Origin: Sorangium sp. So ce388
GTDB lineage: Bacteria > Myxococcota_A > Polyangia > Polyangiales > Polyangiaceae
DNA length: 64,000 nucleotides
Reading direction: 5' to 3'
NCBI RefSeq assembly: GCF_051474125.1
Contig: NZ_CP150338.1
Coordinates: 9,350,583 to 9,414,582 of the forward strand
Under the pieces are notes generated by a model. The model made no database searches, was not told the DNA's origin, and saw only the letters and a list, made by a program, of their open reading frames with translations. Each line of letters starts with the position of its first letter. Within the stretch, counting starts at the first letter, position 1. This document shows, piece by piece, positions 46,801 through 55,000 of this stretch. Position numbers and translations under genes: made by a program.

Positions 46801-47499
46801 GGGGTCGGCGGGACGCCTGGCGGCGTCGGGGGCTCACCCGGGAACGACACCTCTGACGCGCAGCCGGGCACCAACGGCCAGAACGGCGCCAGCGGGACGG
46901 CCGGGCTGAACGGGACCGGCGGCACCGGCGGGACGGTCAGCGGCAACGTCTGGCAGGGCAGATCGGGGAACGCCGGCGTCACGGGCCTCCCCGGGAACGG
47001 GGCCGGCGGCGGCGGCGGCGGCGGCGGGCAGGGCGGCTTCGCCGCGAACGACGGCGCCGGCAACGGCGGCGGCGGCGGCGGCGCCGGCGGCTGCGGCGGG
47101 AACGGCGCCGTCGGGGGCAGCGCGGGGGGCGGCTCGTTCGGCCTGTTCCTCGTGAACTCGACGGGGTTCCAGCTCGTCGCCAGCCAGGTCGCCAGCGGCG
47201 ACGGCGGCGCCGGCGGACGCGGCGGCAACGGCGGCAACGGCGGCGGCGGCGGCACCGGCGGCAATGGCGGCACCGTGTGCACCAGCGAGGTGGGCGCCGG
47301 CGGGACCGGCGGCCGCGGCGGGACCGGCGGCCGCGGCGGGCACGGCGGCGGCGGCGCGGGCGGCGTCTCGTACGGCGTCTACCGGGTCAGCACCACGATC
47401 TCGACCACGGGCAGCGTCGTCACGCACGGCGTCGGCGGCGCGGGCGGCACCTCCAGCGGCAACGCGGGCGCGGCGGGCGCCACGGGCAACGTGTTCTGA
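43816..47499 (+). CDS. Giant lipoprotein with about 16 copies of a ~40-aa Cys repeat (C.ADCDG...NGCE.N....S..NCGACG..C) and a C-terminal beta-helix/Gly-rich (GGNGGNGG) module.
   Basis: ATG at 43816. Lipobox AAIGC. A 120-nt coding repeat array spans 44480-46000. A VAVTGSDANPGTQRAPKAT beta-helix start motif is followed by GG.GG tracts like the Z1/Z2 C-termini. Confidence 0.7.
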   Translation: MARNRNFLRPRFEFASLTARRTAPLVPLLALLASLAAIGCAGGSEVTTVASSGAGGAGGSGGSGGAGGSGAGGGGGAGGAPSGKLELCVLNDGGPTDACASPEVLDFESVPPGRQRTRLFRVENQTAEEVTFTEASIASADFAVEAVRYEPDPSSPGAWTRAVAPLPAQSEPGGALYFEVTFTSDGAAGPLPADRVIVEADVGDAHAPDVVVPVIGRSNSCPVGTGACDDEPDNGCETDLLTSAAHCGACSQLCVSPNGTTGCIDGICTVSSCTTPHADCDGNATNGCETNLLTDVEACGACGTSCLKEHTESFCNGGNCNIIGCAPDHADCDLDPLTGCETDLLTSAAHCGGCNVACDFAHASETCAAGECAFGACDAGYADCDGDLTNGCEANLGASLAHCGACGAACSYPGAAEACLAGTCVMGACDAGHANCDGEAANGCEVNTGTSLANCGGCNIACALPNAAESCLGGTCVLGACEAGHANCDGEAANGCEVDTGTSLANCGACGATCALANASESCVGGACVLGACAAGYANCDDEAANGCEINTGTSLANCGACGATCAVANAAESCLAGTCVMGACDPGFANCNASALDGCEVNTASDPANCGGCNLACALANASETCLAGTCVLTGCEAGFANCDDAPANGCEIDTRTSVANCGACGAACDLANASEACVSGTCDLVACNAGFASCNGDEADGCEVNTASDPANCGACGADCAAAMPHATVGCGAGACTFGGCLPGFYNLDGSLANGCEYACTFVSDEDRPDDGFVDANCDGIDGDARLAIFVAVTGSDANPGTQRAPKATVVGGINEAVLTGKTQVYISQGTYVGRVSLSSGVSLYGGYNAAAGWARSAASSAVIRSGSTTGGYVAAVEGQNINTPTTLDRLTIQTSDATLAGASNYAMRCVSCTGVTLRNSRLEAGAAGPGAAGSNGATGAAGGNGATGGAGSCDGAGTRLGGAGGTSTCGRTGGNGGNGGPEGERAGSGGSVGVGGTPGGVGGSPGNDTSDAQPGTNGQNGASGTAGLNGTGGTGGTVSGNVWQGRSGNAGVTGLPGNGAGGGGGGGGQGGFAANDGAGNGGGGGGAGGCGGNGAVGGSAGGGSFGLFLVNSTGFQLVASQVASGDGGAGGRGGNGGNGGGGGTGGNGGTVCTSEVGAGGTGGRGGTGGRGGHGGGGAGGVSYGVYRVSTTISTTGSVVTHGVGGAGGTSSGNAGAAGATGNVF

Positions 47500-47620
47500 G
47501 CGGCCCGCGGGCGCGGCGAGCTCGCGCGGGGTGCGCGGGCTCGCCGGCGGCGGAGCTCACCGGGCGCCGGAGATCGCCGGCGCGGACGGAGCGCGCCGCG
47601 AGGAGGGCGCGGCGGTCAGG

Positions 47621-48484
47621 TCAATCGAGGAAGGCGGGGAACCTGGGGAACGCCGCGAGCGCGTCGGGCTCGTGCTGCACCACGAAGCGGGCGTGGGTGG
47701 CGTTCGCCAGCGCGAGGATGCGCTCCATCGAGCGGATGGACTCCTCGCGATCGGTGTTGAAGGGGGGCACGCGGTGGTTCGCGCAGTTCGCGTGGGTGTG
47801 GCAGAGGTCCCCTGAGATGACGATCGTCCCCGCGCGCCGGAGGCGGACGATGAGGCTCTGGTGCCCCGGCGTGTGCCCTGGCGACGGCACGATGCGCACC
47901 GTGCCGTCGCCGAAGACGTCCGCCTCGCCGTCGAGGAGCCGGAGCTTCGCGGTGCGGTAGGCCGAGATGAGCTCCGGCTCGACGGTCGGCGGCGCCGGCG
48001 TCGCGGTCGCCCACTCGAGCTCGCGCCGGCTCAGGATCCACGTCGACGTGGGGAACAGGTTGGCGTTGCCCGCGTGATCGACGTGCAGGTGCGAGAAGGC
48101 CACGTACTGCACGTCGGCGGGCTCGAGCTGCAGCGCGCGCAGCTGCTCCCGCAGCGGCGTGTCGACGCGGAACCGTATCCCCGTGCGAGCGTGCACGACA
48201 CCGCCCTTGGTCCGGGCGTTCACGTCGCTGATCCCGGTGTCCCACAGCAGGGTGCCGCCCGGGTGCCGGATGACATAGCACGCCGCGACCAGCTCCCTCG
48301 GGCCCCCCTCGTCCCCGAAGGCCGCCATGTCCGGGATCTCGGCGCGCCCGCAGTCGAGCGCGTACAGGCGGACCTCCGCGGGGGCCTCCGGCGCTGGATG
48401 CGGCGCGGGCGCGCTGCCGGCGCACGAGGGCAGGAGCACGAGCAGCGCGAGCAACAGCGCCGCCCACCATCGTTGAAGGGACAT
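47621..48484 (-). CDS. MBL-fold hydrolase resembling N-acyl-homoserine lactonase (AiiA-like), secreted or lipoprotein.
   Basis: Signal peptide/lipobox-like LLPSC. HLHVDHAGN (HxHxDH) zinc motif, plus downstream His/Asp ligands (SPGHTPGH, SGDLCH). Confidence 0.7.
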   Translation of the reverse strand: MSLQRWWAALLLALLVLLPSCAGSAPAPHPAPEAPAEVRLYALDCGRAEIPDMAAFGDEGGPRELVAACYVIRHPGGTLLWDTGISDVNARTKGGVVHARTGIRFRVDTPLREQLRALQLEPADVQYVAFSHLHVDHAGNANLFPTSTWILSRRELEWATATPAPPTVEPELISAYRTAKLRLLDGEADVFGDGTVRIVPSPGHTPGHQSLIVRLRRAGTIVISGDLCHTHANCANHRVPPFNTDREESIRSMERILALANATHARFVVQHEPDALAAFPRFPAFLD

Positions 48485-48615
48485 TCCATCTCCTCTCTCG
48501 CCGCCGCGCGAGCGGCGCCCCGAGCGTCGATGGCGCGGCGGATCTTCCGTAAAATCTGGCGAGCTGCGCGGCGGCCCGGGCGGGCCGCCGCGCGCTCTTC
48601 ACGGGCCGACCGGGG

Positions 48616-51564
48616 TCAGTTGACCTCGTTGTGGCACGTGGCGCTGCAGTCGTCGCCGCTCGAGGTGTTGCCGTCGTCGCACTCCTCGTACGGCGCCTGC
48701 CGCACGCCGTCGCCGCAGTGCGGGCCGAACACGCAGCCGGGCGCGCACTCGCCGTAGCCGCCGTCGTTCACGCGGTCGTCGCACTGCTCGGGCGGCGTCT
48801 GGGTCACCCCGTCGCCGCAGCGCGGGCCGATCACGCAGCCGGGCGCGCACTCGCCGTAGCCGCCGTCGTTCACGCCGTCGTCGCACTCCTCGCCGAGCTC
48901 GCGCTGCACGCTCCCGTCGCCGCAGACGGCGCCGATCCGGCAGCCGAGGCAGCCCATGCTGCCGTCGTTCACGCGGTCGTCGCACTCCTCGCCCCACTCC
49001 GCCTGGACGACCCCGTCGCCGCACTGCGCGGCGCTCTCGCACTCCGGGGTGCACCCGCCGTAGCGGCCGTCGTTCACCCCGTCGTCGCACGTCTCGGTCG
49101 GCGCCTGGACCACCGCGTCGCCGCACCGCGGCCCGATCAGGCACTCCGGCGAGCACCCGCCGTAGCGGCCGTCGTTCACCCCGTCGTCGCACTCCTCGCC
49201 GAACTGGCTGTCGATGTTCTCGTCGCCGCAGAACGGCGCCGCCGCGCAGCCCGGCGCGCACGCCCCCGAGCCGTAGCCGCCCAGGTTCGTGCCATCGTCG
49301 CAGATCTCGTACGGGGAGGTCGGGACGCCATCGCCGCAGTAGAGCCCCAGCGTGCAGCGCGTCGAGCACTTGCCGTAGCCCGAGCCGTTCTGGGTCCCGT
49401 CGTCGCACTGCTCGTCGGGCGTGACGATGCCGTCGCCGCACACGGGCTCGCAGACGGACGGGGCCGCGTTGAAGCCGCCGAGCGTCAGCTTGTAGCTGGA
49501 CGCCGTGGTGTGGCGCTCCGCCTGGAACACGACGACCTCGTAGACGCGCCCCTCCGTGAGGTCGAGATCATCCATGAACACGGTCCCGCGATCGTCCTCC
49601 ACGCCCGCGACCTCGCCGGTCCCCATCGGGGTGTGGATGCCGCCGAGATCGATGCGGAGCCGGTTGTTGATGAACACCCAGACGTCGTCGTCGCCGTAGA
49701 AGTCGAGCCGCTCGCCGCCGTGGTACTCGAACCAGTAGCGGACCTCGCTCGTGAAGTAGAAGTTGTGGTTGCCCGCCTCGGCCCAGTCGTTCCACGGATC
49801 GCGCGCCAGGCGGCTCGCCTCGCGCTGCGCCGCCGGCACCGACGTGTCCTGCCACCCCTTGCCGTCGAGCGGGAAGAACCCGTGATCCTCGAACACGAAC
49901 ACGTCCGTGGCCCCGGCGCGCGTGAGCGTGAGCAGGTCCACGACCGTCTTCGACAGGGTCGAGTCGTTGTACCAGCGGTTGAAATCCGTCGCGTTCGTGA
50001 GGAAGGCGTCCGCCGGCGGGGACGCGGCGAGCCGCGGCTTGCCGTCGGCGCCGAGCGTCGCCTGCACGAGCCCCCTCAGAAGGACGTTCGGGGGGTCGCG
50101 GTCAGGCTCGAAGTTCGGCGTGTTCTCCTTGAAGTCGCGGAGCACGATCGGCACCTGGAGCTCGTCGCCGAGGACCGCCTCGTTCGTGCAGCTGTAGCCC
50201 GGCTCGACCGCGCACGCGGACGAGCAGCCGTCCCCGTCCGTCGTGTTGCCGTCGTCGCAGGCCTCGCCGCCGAGGCGCAGCCCGTCGCCGCAGGCGGAGG
50301 TGCAGCCCGTGTCGCCGCAGTCCGGCTCGACCTGGCAGAACGGCGTGCAGCCGTCGCCCATGTTCGCGTTGCCGTCGTCGCACGGCTCGGAGCCCTCCCG
50401 CTCGCCGTCGTTGCAGACCGTGTCGCGGCAGATGTAGCCGCCGGCCGCGGGCTCGCACACGAGGCCCGGCTCCCACTTGCACGCCGCGTCGCACCCGTCG
50501 CTGTCCCTCGTGTTGCCGTCGTCGCACTGCTCCCTGGCGACGACCCTCCCGTCGCCGCAGACCGCCGTGCAGCGGCTCCCCGCGCGCGCGCAGTCGAACC
50601 CGGCCTCGACCTCGCAGGTGGCGGAGCAGCCGTCGCCGGAGACCCTGTTGCGGTCGTCGCACCCCTCGCCCACGCCGATCTGACCGTCGCCGCAGACGAC
50701 CGTGAACGTGCAGTGGATGCCGTCCGGGCACACCCAGCCCGCCTCGACGAGGCAGGCCGGCGAGCAGCCGTCGCCCGACTCCGTGTTCCCGTCGTCGCAC
50801 CGCTCGGTCGGCCGCAGCTTGCCGTCGCCGCAGCGCTCGACCGGCCGGCACGGCTCCCCCGGGACAGGGCAGGTGATGTTGCCGGGGTCCTCGAGGGCGC
50901 ACACGTCGGAGCAGCCGTCGCCGGAGGCCGTGTTGCCGTCGTCGCAGCCCTCGCCGGCCGAGACCCGCGCGTCGCCGCACGTGTGGAGCCGGTAGCACGG
51001 CACGCCCGGCCGCGGGCAGATCCAGTCGCCCGGCTCGCGCTGGCAGCGGTCGTCGCAGCCGTCGCCCGCGGCCGTGTTGCCGTCCTCGCACGTCTCGCCG
51101 GGCTCCACCGCGCCGTTGCCGCAGACGATCGTCGTGTGGCACCCGTCTTCCGGATCGCAGGCGCAGTACGGCTCGATCTTGCAGGCGCCGGAACAGCAGT
51201 CGCCGGGGAGGCTGTTCCCGTCGTCGCACTCCTCGCCCTCGCGGTTGATCTCGCCGTCGCCGCACGCCGGCTCGACGGCGTCGCACTCCGGCGGAGCGTC
51301 GGGCGAGTCGCACGGATCGCCCCCGCCGCTCCCCGAGGTGGGGCCGACGGTGATGAACCCGCCGAGGCCGCCGGAGCTGTCGTCGCCGCCGGAGCCCGTG
51401 ACGCCGCCCGCGCCCCCCGCCCCGCCCACGCCGCTCCCCGTACCGCCATTGCCGCCATTGCCGCCGTCGCCGCCGTCGTCGCCGCCGCAGGCGACGAGCG
51501 GACCGGCGAGCAGGACGAGCACCACGGAAGAAAGAGTCTTTGCCAAGCGCATTGATGCCACCAT
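48616..51564 (-). CDS. Giant lipoprotein with Myxococcus-type cysteine-rich repeats (CGDG....E.CDDGN) flanking a fibro-slime/PA14-like domain.
   Basis: Start at 51564 (MVASMRLAK...LLAGPLVAC lipobox). Repeated CGDG(x)6-8GE.CDDGN units. Central block GHNFYFTSEVRYWFEYHGGERLDFYGDDDVWVFINNRL. The ORF-track extension to 52086 is an artefact. Confidence 0.7.
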   Translation of the reverse strand: MVASMRLAKTLSSVVLVLLAGPLVACGGDDGGDGGNGGNGGTGSGVGGAGGAGGVTGSGGDDSSGGLGGFITVGPTSGSGGGDPCDSPDAPPECDAVEPACGDGEINREGEECDDGNSLPGDCCSGACKIEPYCACDPEDGCHTTIVCGNGAVEPGETCEDGNTAAGDGCDDRCQREPGDWICPRPGVPCYRLHTCGDARVSAGEGCDDGNTASGDGCSDVCALEDPGNITCPVPGEPCRPVERCGDGKLRPTERCDDGNTESGDGCSPACLVEAGWVCPDGIHCTFTVVCGDGQIGVGEGCDDRNRVSGDGCSATCEVEAGFDCARAGSRCTAVCGDGRVVAREQCDDGNTRDSDGCDAACKWEPGLVCEPAAGGYICRDTVCNDGEREGSEPCDDGNANMGDGCTPFCQVEPDCGDTGCTSACGDGLRLGGEACDDGNTTDGDGCSSACAVEPGYSCTNEAVLGDELQVPIVLRDFKENTPNFEPDRDPPNVLLRGLVQATLGADGKPRLAASPPADAFLTNATDFNRWYNDSTLSKTVVDLLTLTRAGATDVFVFEDHGFFPLDGKGWQDTSVPAAQREASRLARDPWNDWAEAGNHNFYFTSEVRYWFEYHGGERLDFYGDDDVWVFINNRLRIDLGGIHTPMGTGEVAGVEDDRGTVFMDDLDLTEGRVYEVVVFQAERHTTASSYKLTLGGFNAAPSVCEPVCGDGIVTPDEQCDDGTQNGSGYGKCSTRCTLGLYCGDGVPTSPYEICDDGTNLGGYGSGACAPGCAAAPFCGDENIDSQFGEECDDGVNDGRYGGCSPECLIGPRCGDAVVQAPTETCDDGVNDGRYGGCTPECESAAQCGDGVVQAEWGEECDDRVNDGSMGCLGCRIGAVCGDGSVQRELGEECDDGVNDGGYGECAPGCVIGPRCGDGVTQTPPEQCDDRVNDGGYGECAPGCVFGPHCGDGVRQAPYEECDDGNTSSGDDCSATCHNEVN

Positions 51565-52000
51565 CCCAACCCGCTTCAGAAGAGCGTCACGTTGTCCAAG
51601 GAATGCCGCGGAGCGCCTCGGCCGACGAGATGCGCCTCCGGGGATGGCGTGGGCGCGCGTCGCACAGGGCTCCCGCGCACGGTCGCGTGTAGGTAAGCGC
51701 CGTCCCCGGGGTGATCGCAACGCAAACACCGCGATGTTGCAAGCGGATTTCACGCCGTGGCGGGTTTGCGACGCCCCGCCCGCCGAGCGGTCACGGAATC
51801 CGCGCGGTACGCGGGCCTGCGCGCTGGCCAGCGGGCGGGCGGCGCGCGGGCTTGACATCTGCCTCACCCCCCGCCGCCCGCGCCATCTCGTCCCCCGGCC
51901 CTGGCGGAACGGCTGTACCCTGGCCGCGGGGAAGCCGGGCCCGCGCTGGTTCGGCGCGGGGGCGGCCTCCAGCGGACTACGCGGACCACACGGAGCAGGC

Positions 52001-55000
52001 ATGGTGTCGACAGGGGCCCTGGATGGAGCGGCCCGGACGGCGGGGGCGCCGCCCCCGAAGCCGGCGGAGACGCTGGACGGCGGCAATTACGAGGTCATCC
52101 GGCGGCGGCTCGTCGAGCGCGCCGAGGAGCTCGGCCGCCGCGCCGAGGCGCTCAACGCGCGGCGGAAGCAGGTGTTCGGCGGCACCGACCTCGCGCTCCT
52201 CGAGAACGCGCGCGTCAGGACCGAGAACAACTGCCTGCCGCGCGACATCGTGAGCATCCGGGGCAAGCTGCTCGTCGGCTACCTCGTGTTCATGGGGCTG
52301 AAGGAGGTGAACGTCGGCGACGTCTTCAGCCTCCACCGCTTCGCCAAGGCGGACGGCGCCTTCGACCTGTCGCCCGTCCCGCTCGACGAGGGCGACGCGT
52401 TCCTCGGCGACCCCGGGTTCCTCAAGGAGTTCAAGGACCTCCACCGCTACGTCAAGGAGCCCCGGCTGCTCCAGCTCCGGCGCAGCGACACGCGGCTGCT
52501 CGCCATCTTCCAGGTCGGCGCGACCGAGCGCGACGTGAAGGTGTTCCGCTGGAGCATCGACGCGACAGGGCGCATCCGGTACCTCGACGCGCGCGGCGAG
52601 GAGGACAACGTCCGGCCGCGCCACCACGACTTCGCCTGGACGCAGTCCACGCGCGACGACCACGTGCAGGGCAAGCACCCGCACGTCTCGATCCTCGGCG
52701 AGATCTTCGTCGAGACGGTCGGCGGCGACCTCACCGTCAAGGTCGAGAACAACACGACGACGGGGCTCGGCATCTACCGCGAGCCGGTCGACGACGCGGG
52801 CCAGGCGCTCGACGACGCCGACATCCAGTACGCCCGCCTCGGGCCGCTCATCCTGCTCAAGATCAAGCCGTTCCGCGAGCCTTCGTACCGCTACCTCGTC
52901 TACAACGGCCGCACCCGCAAGGTCGTGCGCATCGACGCGATCGGCCTCGCGTGCCTGAGCCTCCCCGAGGACCAGGGCATCGTCTTCCCGAACGGCTACT
53001 ACCTCGTCACCGGCGAGACGAAGCGGTTCGAGGGCAGCACCGAGAGCCTCGTCTTCGAGCGGGTCATCCGCTCGCCCAACGGGGAGGACGTGCTCTACGT
53101 GTTCCACCAGGTCGTGGAGGGGCGCTACGTGCTCTTCCCGTACAACCTGATCCGCAAGGAGATCGCGACCCCGATCCAGTGCCACGGGTACAGCCTCTTC
53201 GACGACGGCAAGATGGTGATCTTCCGGGCGTCGGGCGACGAGGCGACCCGCGTCCACCCGATGCAGATCTGGCAGACGCCGTTCATGACCGCGGAGTTCG
53301 CGGCGTCGGCGCCGACCGACGGCTCGTACCTCGCCAAGGTGGGCAACGCCGACCTCGTGCGCGGCATCTCCGACGCGCTCAGCCTGCGGCGCGCGGCGAT
53401 GGACGGGTCGCCGACCCGCCAGACCTTCGAGGACCTCATCCGGACCGCCGGGCGGATGACTGACGCTTTCTACTGGCTCGGCCACGCCGAGGCGGGCGAC
53501 CTCCTGTCGACGGTGACCGAGCTCCGGGCCGTCTCCGAGAGCATCGTCGACGAGTTCGAGAAGGTCGAGGCCATCAAGGCGCGCGCGGCGAGCGCGCTCG
53601 CCGAGACCGAGGCCGCGCAGCGGCAGCTGCTCGGCGGGGTGCGGCCGGAGGACGCGGCGAGCGTCGACGCCTTCCTGACGGCGCTGACCGCCCTGCGGCG
53701 GCAGCGCGGGCACCTCATCACGCTCCGCGAGCTCAAGTACATGGACCTCGGCCGCGTCGACGCGCTCGAGGCCGAGGTCGTCGCGCGGGCCGACGAGGTG
53801 AGCCGCGCGTGCGTGACGTTCCTGCTCGGCGAGCAGGCGTTCCGCCCCCTGGCCGACCGGCTCGCGGGGCTCATCGCGAAGATCGAGGCGGTCGCGAAGT
53901 CGCCCGAGCTCGCGCCGTTCGCCGCCGACCTCGACGCCGTGAACGAGGGGCTCTCGGTGCTCGCCGACATCATCGCGAGCCTCAAGGTCGACGACCCCAC
54001 GGCGCGGACCCGGATCCTGGAGGGGATCAGCGAGGTCTACGCGCAGCTCAACCGCGCGCGCGCGACCCTCACCGCCCGCGGCAAGGACCTCCGGGGCGCC
54101 GAGGGGCGCGCGGAGTTCGGCGCGCAGTTCAAGGTGTTCGGCCAGAGCGTCTCGAGCGCGCTCGCCGTCTGCGACTCGCCCGAGCGCTGCGACCGCGAGC
54201 TCTCGAAGCTGCTCGTCCAGCTCGAGGAGCTCGAGGGCAAGTTCGGCGAGTTCGACGAGTTCCTCGGCGAGCTCGCGGCGAAGCGCGAGGAGGTCAACGA
54301 CGCGATCGCGGCGCGGCGGCAGGCGCTGCTCGACGAGCGGCAGCGGCGCGTCTCGAACCTCGTCGCCGCGGCGGATCGGATCGTCCAGGGCGTGGCGCGG
54401 CGGGCGCGCTCGTTCGCGGGCGCGGACGAGCTCAACACCTACTTCGCGTCCGACCCCATGGTCGCCAAGGTCCGCGACCTCGCGGCGGAGCTCCACGCGC
54501 TGGGCGACAGCGTGAAGGGGGACGAGGTCGAGGCGCGGCTCAAGTCGGCGCGGCAGGACGCGCTCCGGGCGCTGCGCGACCGCGAGGACCTGTTCGAGGG
54601 CGGCGGCGACGTCATCAAGCTCGGCCGCCACCGCTTCAACGTGAGCACGCAGCCGCTGGAGCTCACGCTGGTCCCGCGCGGCGAGGGGCTCGCGCTGCAC
54701 CTCACCGGGACCGACTTCTTCGAGCCGATCGAGGACCCGGCGCTCGCGAGCGCGCGCGACCTCTGGGGCCAGGAGCTCGCGAGCGAGACGCCGGCCGTGT
54801 ACCGGGGCGAGTTCCTCGCGGGCTCGATGCTCGCCGACGCCGAGGCGGGGCGGGGCGGGCTCTCGATCGAGAGGCTGCGCGAGGCGGCGCTCGGCCCGGG
54901 CGGGCTGCTCGCCGCGGTGCGCGCGTATGCGGAGGGCCGGCACGACGAGGGGTACGAGCGCGGCGTCCACGACGCGGACGCGGCGCTCATCCTGGAGAAG

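Noticed and set aside
47616-48602. 328-aa ORF on the same strand as the lactonase but in another frame.
   Set aside because: Arg-rich translation with no motifs. The HxHxDH-containing frame (47621..48484) is clearly the real one.
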